DNA of 64,000 bases from Eledone cirrhosa. Lineage: Eukaryota. A program made the translations under genes and the position numbers. The stretch spans positions 378,386,001 through 378,450,000 of the forward strand of contig OZ024743.1 of assembly GCA_964016885.1 (NCBI GenBank), written 5' to 3'. The first letter of the stretch is position 1. Every line of letters begins with the position of its first letter. The notes under the pieces are model-generated. The model had not been told where the DNA came from. It was given only the letters and a program-made list of their open reading frames with translations, and ran no database searches. This document shows positions 1 through 8,186 of this stretch, piece by piece.

Positions 1-207
1 TTCTTTAGCTTCCATATTTTTCTCCTGAGGATAGTCCTCTTCTGTTGTCTAGCACGTCTCGTCCTGACTATTAGGTCGCTAATTATCAGTCTATGTTGGG
101 AGGTGCATTCTTCATGGGGGAGGGATTTAGTGTTTATAACAGACACTCTGTCACGTCTTCTGGTAAGGATATAATCTAGATGTGTCTTCCCCCGATCTAT
201 AGGTGAT
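1..207 (-). mobile_element. Decayed RTE-clade LINE fragment, C-terminal end of the APE endonuclease domain; runs off the window edge
   Basis: Manual minus-strand translation gives ITYRSGEDTS/(frameshift)DYILTRRRDRVSVINTKSLPHEECTSQHRLIISDLIVRTRRARQQKRTILRRKIWKLK. This fits the TY..G...(QI)DYIL...SQHRL motif that ends the APE domain of RTE-type elements. Confidence 0.8.
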
Positions 208-269
208 CATATACACACACTTATATATATGTTAGAACACCATATCTAGTAAATGTTTTCTGTCACTAG

Positions 270-346
270 GTATGTCATTGTTGGAAGGAAAAGGCTGGAA
301 TGTTGCTAAAGCAGAATGGAAAGAGAAATTTTTAACAATCTACATG
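270..346 (+). CDS. MPV17L2: Internal coding exon of an Mpv17/PMP22-family gene (MPV17L2-like); not in the supplied ORF track
   Basis: Acceptor ttttctgtcactAG (268-269) and donor GTAAGA (347) bound a 77-bp exon. It reads (G)MSLLEGKGWNVAKAEWKEKFLTIYM, matching the family motif G...LEG......E..EKF...Y, and splices in phase 0 to the exon at 1540. Confidence 0.88.
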
Positions 347-371
347 GTAAGATCAATATCTATTTAGTATC

Positions 372-945
372 TGTGTCTGTCTTCTTCTTTGCCCACTTAT
401 TCCTGAGAGGGTCTTGTGGGCAGAATCTTCAAACACTCCTTCCAGCAGACCCTGTCAGAAGCAACTGTCTCCAACTGATCCAGTTGGATCTCCAAGCATG
501 ACCAACCGAGCTCATGGATGTTATCCAACCATCTTGCTTGGGGTCTACCCCTGGGTCTCCTGCTGGTTGGTTTTCCCCATAAAATAGTATTAGAGCTGTG
601 ATCTCTCAATTCGGAGTAGCAGTTCTACCTGGAATGACACTCTGATCTCCAAGCTATGCACTCAATTGAGTAATGTTACTCCAAAGACCCTTCAGAGGAA
701 CCCCATTTTGGCCTCTTGTATCCATAATCGTATTCTTTCGGTCATTACCCAAGATTCATGACCATAGATAAGGGTTGGCATGAATACCGAATTGAAGCAA
801 GTTTGGCTTTTACACCTACCTCTGTTCTTCTGATTACTGAATGCTGAAGTTGGTGCATTACTGCACCAGCTCCTGAAATTCTTGCACTTAATTTAGCCTC
901 CTGCCTTCCATACACTCATGAACACAGCCCCAAGATACTTGAATT
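372..945 (-). mobile_element. 5'-truncated, decayed RTE-clade LINE (Rex3/Expander-like): 3' end of the reverse transcriptase ORF plus a short tail
   Basis: The minus strand encodes FKYLG (929-943), then PTLIYGHESWVMTERIRLWIQEAKMGFL*RVFGVTLLN*, LLRIERSQL, and GKPTSRRPRGRPQARWLDNI...VASDRVCWKECLKILPTRPSQE* (ORF 397..609). These are typical RTE C-terminal motifs. Internal stops, frameshifts and a deletion (no RW.GH motif) show decay. Confidence 0.88.
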
Positions 946-1136
946 GGCTGTAGCAATTTAATTTTAGTTTTAGGATGGTTAGAAGTTTTGAATTTAATAC
1001 CTGTATGTATAATTTCTCAATTCCAATTACTTGCGCCAAGCTAACTTTGATATATAAAATTGGGGTGGGGGTCTGCTACGTATTCTATTTTTTTGCGTAT
1101 GAGGGGTCCCTCAAGATCTAAATCCAACCATGCCAA

Positions 1137-1281
1137 GAGTATGCTATGAAATATGTGTTAGACCTAGTAGTTCTATTTTCTGTATGTTGTGTTTATGTAT
1201 AAGTCCTGAGGTATGCTATGTAAAATGTGTATTGGACCTAGTATGGTTTTTTTTCTATATGTTGTGTTTAAGTGTAATTCT
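1137..1281. repeat. Diverged tandem duplication, two copies of about 72 bp
   Basis: GTATGCTATG..AATGTGT..GACCTAGTA..TTTTCT.TATGTTGTGTTTA occurs twice in succession, starting near 1139 and 1211. Confidence 0.75.
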
Positions 1282-1310
1282 ACAAATATAAACCATTTTC
1301 CATTGATCTG

Positions 1311-1497
1311 TGTGGATTGGCAGTATTGGTAGAGAGTTGGACGCCATGCTTTCCAGCATAGTTATGTCCTTTTACAGACTGAGTTCAAATCCTGCCGAGG
1401 TTAACTTTGCCTTTCATCCTTACGGGGTCGATAAAATAAAGTACCAGTAATGTACTGGGATAATTACTGGCCTTGTGCCAAATGTAGAAACAATTAT
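1311..1497 (+). mobile_element. tRNA-derived SINE (family A, copy 1)
   Basis: A-box-like TGGCAGTATTGGTAGAG, B-box-like GAGTTCAAATCC, and central GCCTTTCATCCTTACGGGGTCGATAAAATAAAGTACCAG. Related copies sit at 2613, 4921, 7084 and, inverted, at 7335. Confidence 0.85.
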
Positions 1498-1539
1498 ATT
1501 GTAATTTTATGACTATATGCCATTTTCCCTATATTTTAG

Positions 1540-1668
1540 ATGGATTGGTTGATCTGGCCTCCTTCACAGTTCATCAACTTCTATTTCTTACCTCCCAAGT
1601 TCCGTGTTGTCTATGTTTGTTTTATAACTCTGGTTTGGGATGCTCTCTTGTCTTACATAAAACATAAG
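1540..1668 (+). CDS. MPV17L2: Internal coding exon of the Mpv17/PMP22-family gene (MPV17L2-like), carrying the conserved C-terminal domain
   Basis: Acceptor ttttccctatattttAG (1538-1539) and donor GTAAGA (1669) bound a 129-bp phase 0-0 exon. It reads MDWLIWPPSQFINFYFLPPKFRVVYVCFITLVWDALLSYIKHK, carrying the Mpv17/PMP22 signature DW..WP..Q.INF..LP..FRV.Y......W...LSY.K. Confidence 0.93.
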
Positions 1669-1890
1669 GTAAGATACATCTATTCCTTTTGCCTACAGCT
1701 ACTATTATATTTCACATATTGCTATTATATTCTCTGTCTCATATTCACTTACAAATGTTTTTGGTGCATAAATGTGTTGAGTTAGCAATTCAAATTCAAT
1801 TTAATTTTCCATGCTTTCTATGCTCACATGGGTTGTCACATACTGAGGCTTGACTGGTTAGGTTACTACATCTTGTATGTATATTCTATT

Positions 1891-1943
1891 TTTGGCTTGG
1901 GTTCTATGGCTGGATGTCTTTCCTAATGTCAACCACTTTACAG
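1891..1943 (-). mobile_element. SINE 3'-tail fragment
   Basis: The reverse complement GGTTGACATTAGGAAAGACATCCAGCCATAGAA is similar to the + strand tail at ~6657-6685 (AGCATGAAGAAGGGCATCTGGCTGTAAA). Confidence 0.55.
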
Positions 1944-2261
1944 CTTGTAGTGGGAACATGTTGTCTTGACTTCAACATTATCACCTTACAGGGTGAACTA
2001 AGTGCTTTCCATCGTGGCACCAACGCTAACACCTTACAGGGTGGACTGGGTACATTTTGTTATGGTAAAGGCAAGACAAAACAAATAAATTTTTCCAATC
2101 GTCAGCTACTCATACCTAGTGACCTCAGTTGTTTGGAGGTGAGAGTAAAAAGACCTTCACTTAGATCTCTACGACAGCAATAGGCTGGTTGCTGTACAGA
2201 AATTGTGAACAGAGTTGATAAAGAACAAAAACAATTAGTTTTTAAATACAGGATATAAACT

Positions 2262-2372
2262 CGTTTCTTTTTCTTCCTCTTCCTCTAGTATAGCCTTGAA
2301 TTATTATTATTGTATCAAAAACTTTTTAATACTTCTGCTAAGCATAGCCTAATATGTTAATATTACCTAGAT
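2262..2372. repeat. Intronic segment duplicated at ~3362-3475, with a further partial copy at ~3486-3543
   Basis: TCTTCCTCTAG.ATA.C.T.GAATTATTATTATT...AAAACTT..TAATA.TTCT.CTAAGCA.AGCCTAA.ATGTTA.T.T.ACCTAGAT is present at both places. Confidence 0.8.
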
Positions 2373-2560
2373 CAGGCATGTCAAACTAAGGATCCCCCAA
2401 GATCCACAAGGGTCTCATGTGTTGTCTGACGACCACACATGACAACTAATTGCACACATTAGAACTAATTTTACGAAGATAAAGCATGCTTGCACTGTAA
2501 AAACCTTTGTGCGAGCCGCCGCAGGTGTGCTTGTAAAGGGCTACATGTCTGACATACCTG
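2373..2560. mobile_element. Non-autonomous hAT-superfamily (Charlie-like) MITE, 188 bp
   Basis: The TIRs CAGGCATGTCAAAC (2373-2386) and GTCTGACATACCTG (2547-2560) match at 12/14 positions. The 8-bp TSD is ACCTAGAT (2365-2372) / ACCAAGAT (2561-2568). The paralogous segment shows the empty site ACCTAGATAGTTAC at 3461. Confidence 0.88.
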
Positions 2561-2612
2561 ACCAAGATAGTTACTTGAAAAAAGCAGACTTCTTACTGAA
2601 GAAATAATATTA

Positions 2613-2803
2613 TGTGGATTGGCAGTATCGGTAGAGGGTCGGACGCCATGCTTTCTAGCATAGAGTTACGGCCCTTTCCATTGTGAGTTCAAATCCTGCC
2701 GAGGTTAACTTTGCCTTTCATCCTTATGGGGTCGATAAAATAAAGTACCATTAATGCACTGGGTAATTGCTGGCCTTGTGCCAAAAAGTAGAAACAATTA
2801 TTA
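2613..2803 (+). mobile_element. tRNA-derived SINE (family A, copy 2)
   Basis: Colinear and highly similar to 1311-1497 over its whole length (TGTGGATTGGCAGTAT.GGTAGAG ... GTAGAAACAATTAT). Confidence 0.85.
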
Positions 2804-3042
2804 TATTTAATTGGACTTTTACTGTGTAGAAAATGTGTCTTTGCAGTTCATTTCCTGACATAACAGATTTCGAACCTTCTATATACTCTTACAAAATGGG
2901 TATAAATTTTCACATGCTATATTTCTTGGCTACTCTAGCTATTAGTGCCATCTTACACACATACTTGAAGCTTTGTCAAACTATAATATGATATACACAC
3001 AGACACACACACCCATGTGTGTGTGTTTATGGAGGGGGAATA

Positions 3043-3214
3043 TCCAGTGTAGTGTTGGTGAATTTCAGGAAGCATGGAAGTTTTGAAGGATGCAGTGTCC
3101 CGACAGCTAACATCTGATGCAGGTAATTTGTTCCATCTTCAGCAACTCTGAGCGTGAAAAGATGTTTCCGAAAGTCATAGAGGCTGTACTGTTTTCTGAT
3201 TTTGTAAGCATGTG
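3043..3214 (-). mobile_element. CR1-clade LINE, 3'-terminal ORF2 fragment
   Basis: The minus strand reads HAYKIRKQYSLYDFRKHLFTLRVAE/(frameshift)WNKLPASDVSCRDTASFKTSMLPEIHQHYT. This matches the CR1-type C-terminal motif H..K......RK.FF..RV...WN.LP..VV.....SFK. Confidence 0.8.
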
Positions 3215-3860
3215 AGAGAACCCCCTGAGTAGGATTCTACCGACCAGCAAAAGTATGTAGCTAACAATCTTCTAGATTTAAAACTAAATTTTATTGTGTA
3301 ATCTTATTTTATAGATCTTAGCAGCCAAACAGAATATAGACTCAATCATTATTGTCTAAAACTTGTTTCTCTTTCTTCCTCTAGCATAACCTAGAATTAT
3401 TATTATTATTTCTAAAACTTGCTAATATTTCTCCTAAGCAAAGCCTAAAATGTTACTGTCACCTAGATAGTTACATATAAAAACGGAATTATTATTATTT
3501 GTGTCTAAAACTTGTATGTACTTCTCCTTTTAAACATAGCCTATGTGGACTCTGACTCTGTAGAGCATTCTAGACACCATTTAGCGCCCTCCATCCCCCA
3601 CCAGCACACCTTGTGATGTTGACTGGGCAGGTGGGTGTTAGCATTTTTGTGAAACAAGCCCTCCACTAACAAACACTTTTACACTATAGAATATATTATA
3701 TATATTATACCAGAAACATGAGAAATAAATTTAATAACAGGTTGTGGCTTCAATTGATGCTGGCACTGATGGTAACTACAAACATCTAAGTGACAAACAA
3801 TACAAAACACAAAAGAACCTGACATGCATGTAAATATCCTTTAATTTCTATATTTTATAG

Positions 3861-3920
3861 GATCAATCACTTGAAAAAGCAGAAATCTTGAAGGAAAAGG
3901 ACCCAGTGAAAATGTCTTGA
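3861..3920 (+). CDS. MPV17L2: Probable terminal coding exon of the MPV17L2-like gene
   Basis: Strong acceptor ttaatttctatattttatAG (3859-3860). The phase-0 continuation reads DQSLEKAEILKEKDPVKMS* (TGA 3918-3920) and is followed by AT-rich UTR-like sequence and ATTAAA at 4232. The tail is not conserved in the family, so the call rests on splice signals. Confidence 0.62.
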   Translation, partial: DQSLEKAEILKEKDPVKMS

Positions 3921-4000
3921 AGTTTGATGCATGTTTTTTGACATGAAAATGTTTTTTTATTAGTTTTTTGAAATGAAACAATATTTTGATAAAATTACTG

Positions 4001-4209
4001 AATCTCAATATTGATCCTAGCGATCCTAACCTGTCAATCTCAATATTGATCCTAGCGATCCTAACCTGTCAATCTCAATATTGATCCTAGCGATCCTAAC
4101 CTGTCAATCTCAATATTGATCCTAGCGATCCTAACCTGTCAATCTCAATATTGATCCTAGCCTGTCAATCTCAATATTGATCCTAGCGATCCTAACCTGT
4201 CAATCTCAA
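4001..4209. repeat. 35-bp tandem repeat, about 6 copies, in the putative 3' UTR
   Basis: The unit AATCTCAATATTGATCCTAGCGATCCTAACCTGTC is exact at 4001, 4036, 4071, 4106 and 4167. The copy at 4141 lacks 9 bp, and a partial copy starts at 4202. Confidence 0.97.
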
Positions 4210-4231
4210 CTTCACACAATACTCATATTTT

Positions 4232-4237
4232 ATTAAA
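4232..4237 (+). terminator. Candidate polyadenylation signal ATTAAA
   Basis: Variant hexamer about 310 bp after the stop codon, followed by a strongly T-rich downstream tract (4243-4280). Confidence 0.5.
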
Positions 4238-4274
4238 AGAAGTTTTTGATTTTTCTTTTTTTCTTTCCTTTTCT

Positions 4275-4350
4275 TTTATTGGTTTCACTCATTGGACTGT
4301 GGTTATGCTGGGGCTTGTGCTTCAAGGTTTTAGTTGATCATATCACCCCA
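4275..4350 (-). mobile_element. SINE 3'-tail fragment that runs into the first minisatellite unit
   Basis: TCATTGGACTGTGGTTATGCTGGGGC...TTAGTTGATCATATCACCCCA resembles the reverse complement of the tail at 6484-6547 (TCATTCGACTTGAACCAGTCTTGAGCAC...TTAGTTCATCATACTGACCCCA). Confidence 0.6.
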
Positions 4351-4815
4351 CCTATTACTAATGGGAGGAGCAACTATGTTGATCATATCACCCCTATCCC
4401 CAATTTCGGGTGGGCGGAGTAACTATATTGATCATATCGCATCCCATTGTCTAGTTCTGGTGGGAGGAGCTACCATGTTGATCATATCACCCCCATTCCT
4501 TATTTCTGGTGGGAGGAGCAACTATATTGATCATATCACACTCCACCTCCTATTTCTAGTGGGAGGAGTAACTATATTGGTCATACCACCCCATCCCCTA
4601 TTTCTAGCAGGAGGAGCTACCATGTTGATCATATCACACTCCACCTCCTATTTCTAGTGGGATGAGTAACTTTGTTCATCATATCACCCCCGCCTATTTC
4701 TAGTGGGAGGAGCTGCCATGTTGATCATATCACCCACCATCCCTTATTTCTGGTGGGAGGAGCAACTATATTAATCATATCAACCCTATCACCTATTTCT
4801 AGTGGGAGGAGCAAC
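4334..4815. repeat. Diverged minisatellite, 10 copies of about 45-50 bp
   Basis: Consensus TTGATCATATCACCCC..CCTATTTCTAGTGGGAGGAG(C/T)AACTAT(A/G). Units start near 4334, 4379, 4428, 4478, 4527, 4577, 4625, 4675, 4721 and 4771. Confidence 0.93.
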
Positions 4816-4920
4816 AGCCATGAAGAAACTCCCTTACAAGATCATACATTAGGGCAACACAAGATGACAAGGCAGCAGAAAGCTGGTCTGGCTGATGGTT
4901 TCCACTAAATTCTTGAGATA

Positions 4921-5030
4921 TCCTGCCGAGGTTAACTTTGCCTTTCATCCTTACGGGGTCAATAAAATAAAAGTACCAGTAATGCACTGGCATAATTACT
5001 GACCTTGTGTCAAATGTAGAAACAATTATT
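4921..5030 (+). mobile_element. tRNA-derived SINE (family A, copy 3, 5'-truncated)
   Basis: TCCTGCCGAGGTTAACTTTGCCTTTCATCCTTACGGGGTC...GTAGAAACAATTATT is near-identical to 1390-1496. Confidence 0.85.
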
Positions 5031-5318
5031 ACAAGGATGGTGGTGGAGTGGAGTAATTTCTGGATTTGTTAAGAAAGTTGTTTGTTATAGTTTAAATACA
5101 TCACTAGAGTAGCTAGGGTGGGGTGATTGAGCTAGTCTACCCTGGTCAATACTCTTGGATGCAAGGTGGCAGGAGAGAGGCTCTTTTAGTCAACTGCAAT
5201 ATACTTTTTGTGGCCAGTTGGGAGAGGACTTGGCCAACTCAAGGACTGCCCCAAATGACATAAACCCTCCTAACTATGTCTGTGGAATAGATTAATGTTG
5301 AGTATAAAAGGAAGTTAT

Positions 5319-5411
5319 GGATATAGCTCTGCGGTTAAGAAGTTTGCTCAACAACCATGTGGTTTCAGGTTCGGTCCCACTGCATGTTACCTTAGACAAG
5401 TGTCTATAGCC
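5319..5411 (+). mobile_element. tRNA-derived SINE head fragment
   Basis: A-box-like TAGCTCTGCGGTTAAG and B-box-like GGTTCGGTCCC, followed by ACCTTAGACAAGTG (a CORE-like CCTTGGGCAAGT motif). It is not an intact cloverleaf. Confidence 0.65.
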
Positions 5412-5661
5412 ATGACATAACTTTTTAGCATTTACATTACTCTATATATACTATTGTATTTTCACGGTAAACACTGTTTCACATAATTATCTCACATAAT
5501 ATCAAATCTACAAGATTTTGATATTATTTATTTTGAGAACAATACCCTAACATAAGTATGAACAGCCATTTTGAAGACCCTCTTCCTGCTATATCAAGCG
5601 TTAACCTAATATATACCTTCCATATACTGTACCGATTGTGTTGTTATTTCTGTTTACCTTT

Positions 5662-5664
<3 letters not shown>

Positions 5665-5694
<30 letters not shown>
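5665..5694. repeat. (AT)15 microsatellite
   Basis: Perfect AT dinucleotide run. Confidence 0.95.
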
Positions 5695-5696
<2 letters not shown>

Positions 5697-5717
5697 ATAA
5701 ATCCTGTTTAAAGTCCG

Positions 5718-5997
5718 TCTCAAGCTAAGGGGCTTGTTTGGCCAGTGCTTATCCCAGTTTCGTGGCATGCAGTAACTGAGAGTACAAGACTTCTCATTGA
5801 ACAAGATGCCAGTCCTTCGCAGGGTTTAAAGTTGCAGCTATTACTGGTACTCATTTTCAGTTGAGTATACTGGAGCAATGTGAAATGAAGTGTTTTACTC
5901 AAGAACACAACACGCAACCCAGCCCAGGAATAGAACCTATGACTTTATGATCATAAGTCCAACCACATTAGGTTTACCACAAGGCCATGCACCTCCA
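5718..5997 (-). mobile_element. tRNA-derived SINE (family B), near full length
   Basis: The minus strand begins GGAGGTGCATGGCCTTGTGGTAA and has a B-box-like GGTTCTATTCC. It continues GTGTTCTTGAGTAAAACACTTCATTTCACATTGCTCCAGTATACTCAACTG (shared with the 6083 element) and AACCCTGCGAAGGACTGGCATCTTGTTC. Confidence 0.8.
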
Positions 5998-6082
5998 CAT
6001 TATATATATGCAAAAAGTAAACAGAAAATGATATAGTAAGAAAAGAGTCATATATATATATTTCTATATCCTATGCCAGCAT

Positions 6083-6367
6083 GTGAAGGAGCATGGCTTA
6101 GTAGTTAGAGCATTAGGCTTGCGAGTTTGATTCTCAAACCAGGTGATGCAGTGTGTCCTTGAGCAAGACACATTACTTCACATTGCTCCAGTTTACTCAG
6201 CTGTAGAAATGAGTTGTGATGTCACTGGTGCCAAGCTGTATCGGCCATTGCCTTTCCCTTGGACATCACCGGTGGCATGGAGAAGGGAGGCTGGTATTCC
6301 ACAAACAAATCTTGCCCGGGCTTGTGCCTTGGAGGGGAACTTTCTAGGTACAAATCCCATGGTCATT
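6083..6367 (+). mobile_element. tRNA-derived SINE (family B head/core, different tail) with an intact 12-bp target-site duplication
   Basis: Head GAAGGAGCATGGCTTAGTAGTTAG, GAGTTTGATTC, and core GTGTCCTTGAGCAAGACACATTACTTCACATTGCTCCAG. It is flanked by CTATGCCAGCAT at 6071-6082 and 6368-6379. Confidence 0.85.
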
Positions 6368-6440
6368 CTATGCCAGCATAAAAAATGATATGTGTGTTTG
6401 TATTTGTCCTGTAATTTGTACCCATGTTCCTAACCCATGC

Positions 6441-6557
6441 TGTGTCTGGCTGATAAAATAAGTACCAGACATGAAAAATAATACTGGGGTCAGTATGATG
6501 AACTAACCCTTTTGTGACAGTGCTCAAGACTGGTTCAAGTCGAATGAATAAAATAAG
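6441..6557 (+). mobile_element. SINE central/3' fragment related to family A
   Basis: GATAAAATAAGTACCAG...TACTGGGGTC matches the family A central motif and is followed by a tail related to 4275-4350. Confidence 0.6.
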
Positions 6558-6654
6558 TATGTGATGGTAAATCTATAATAGAGTGGGTATCCCATTTTTT
6601 TTTTTTTAATAGGTACATCTCATCTCTGCATGTTGTAAGAGACAATTAGAAGAG

Positions 6655-6752
6655 TTTAGCATGAAGAAGGGCATCTGGCTGTAAACTGTAAAATATCACA
6701 AAATATCCGGTCCAACCCACGCCAGTCTGGAAAAGTGGACATGATGATGATG
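6655..6752 (+). mobile_element. SINE 3' tail ending in (ATG)n
   Basis: GAAGGGCATCTGGCTGTAAA...GTCCAACCCACGCCAGTCTGGAAAAGTGGAC(ATG)4. This is a retroposon-type tail with a terminal microsatellite, related to 1891-1943. Confidence 0.6.
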
Positions 6753-6860
6753 AGTAAAGCGATGGTTAAGTATTAAAGGAACATATGGGATGGGAAAGTC
6801 ATGATGATGATGAGTAAAGTGATGGTTAAGTATTAAAGGAACATATGGGATGGGAAAGTC
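6741..6860. repeat. Recent 60-bp tandem duplication
   Basis: 6741-6800 and 6801-6860 are identical at 59/60 positions (C at 6760, T at 6820). Confidence 0.97.
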
Positions 6861-7083
6861 AGAGATAAACTTTTCAAGAGTTTTTACCACAACAAAGACT
6901 AAAAGAAACAGGATACTACATAAGTAGTAGTTTCATTTTTAACAGTTCATATTATCTTGGTGAAATAAGAGTGAGAGTGACTCCTCTAGTTTCAAGTGCT
7001 CTTTTGAATACTCCTGTAATTTCCAAAAATTTCGATGATTTAATAATGTACCTATTCTCATTATTAAGTTGATATCTAGGGTC

Positions 7084-7249
7084 GTGGATTAGTAGTAAGG
7101 GTAGAGCATTGGACACCCTGGCCCTTTACGTTCTGAGTTCAAGGTTAGCTTTGCCTTCCTTTCATCCTTACGGGGTTGATAAAATAAAGTACCAGTAATG
7201 CACTGAAGTCAATTCAATTGACTCCCCCCAAATTGCTGGCCTTGTGCCA
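7084..7249 (+). mobile_element. tRNA-derived SINE (family A, copy 4)
   Basis: GTGGATTAGTAGTAAGGGTAGAG...CTGAGTTCAA...CTTTCATCCTTACGGGGTTGATAAAATAAAGTACCAGTAATGCACTG...AATTGCTGGCCTTGTGCCA. Confidence 0.8.
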
Positions 7250-7334
7250 GGGATCAAGTTGTGTTGATGTTAACCTAGACAATGTATTAAGTCTATGATC
7301 CTGAGATCAAGATATACTGAGTTTACCACCCAAA

Positions 7335-7410
7335 GACTGGCACTTTATTTATTACCTTCACCTCAGAAGGATGAATGACAAAGTTGACCTAGGCGGGACT
7401 TGACCTCAAA
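7335..7410 (-). mobile_element. SINE family A fragment in inverted orientation
   Basis: The reverse complement reads GAGGTCAAGTCCCGCCTAGGTCAACTTTGTCATTCATCCTTCTGAGGT...AATAAATAAAGTGCCAGT. Confidence 0.7.
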
Positions 7411-7580
7411 ACAGAAAGGAATCAAAAGAATAACAAAGAAAAGAAAATGTGAAGAAAACCAACAAAATATGAAATTAAACGAACATTGGATTCTGTAACA
7501 TATAATGTGTTAGCTGTATTGCAATACTGAGACAAACTGCTTTCTTTAAATTGCTTTCTGTACTTTTACAGTTAGCTAAC

Positions 7581-8186
7581 AAACTCTCTCTCTCTCTCCA
7601 GTGAAGAAGCAGCTGTAGTATGGGTGAGAGGAGGGTAAATATTACAGCTATGAACACTCTCTCCAGTGAAGAAGAAGCTGTGGGATGGGGTGAGGGGGTA
7701 AACATTATAGCTATGGACACTCTCTCTCTTTCTCTTGTGAAAAAAAAACAGTTCAGAGGTGTAGTGGGTGTAACTACTACAGTTACAAACTCTCTCTCCA
7801 GTGAAGAAACAGGTCTGGGATGGGTGTATGTGGTGGTGGTGGGGGTTTAAATATTACAGCTATGAGATTTCTCTCTCTCTCTCCTTCTTTCCAGGATGGT
7901 GATGGTGGTGGTGTAACTGCTAGTTACAAACTTTCTGCCTATCTCCAGTGAAGAAGAAGTTCTGAAGTGTGTGAGTGTGTGGTGATGGTGGTAAATATTA
8001 CTGTTGTAAACACTCTCTCTCTCTCTCTTCAGTGGAGAAGTTCTGGGATGTGTGGGTGGTTTTGGTGTTGGGGTAAATATTACTGTTATATAAACTCTCT
8101 CTCTCTCTCTCCAGTGAAAGAGAAGCAGCTGTGGAGTGTGTGGAGGTCGAGTGTAAAACTCTCTCACACTCACTCTCCCTCTCTCT
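7581..8186. repeat. Degenerate flanking minisatellite (about 8 units of ~65-85 bp) related to the large satellite
   Basis: Recurrent AAC(TC)n-CAGTGAAGAAG...G/T-rich...GTAAATATTAC(A/T)G, with units starting near 7581, 7653, 7717, 7787, 7866, 7928, 8008 and 8092. It grades into the 37-bp-core unit. Confidence 0.8.

Noticed and set aside
316-501. 61-aa plus-strand ORF
   Set aside because: It is out of frame with the real exon (270-346) and runs through the donor into the antisense strand of a LINE fragment.
1669-1785. C-terminal extension of ORF 1540..1785
   Set aside because: Family similarity stops at a consensus GTAAGA donor at 1669, so the remainder is most likely intron read-through.
4001-4209. 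Mini-CRISPR or iteron-like array
   Set aside because: The units are directly adjacent with no spacers, so this is an ordinary VNTR.
4334-4993. Hydrophobic ORFs 4334..4657, 4672..4908 and 4799..4993
   Set aside because: They are translations of the ~48-bp minisatellite and a SINE, with unit lengths that do not preserve frame.
5319-6140. tRNA genes suggested by A/B boxes
   Set aside because: No complete cloverleaf is evident, and the boxes lead directly into SINE body sequence.
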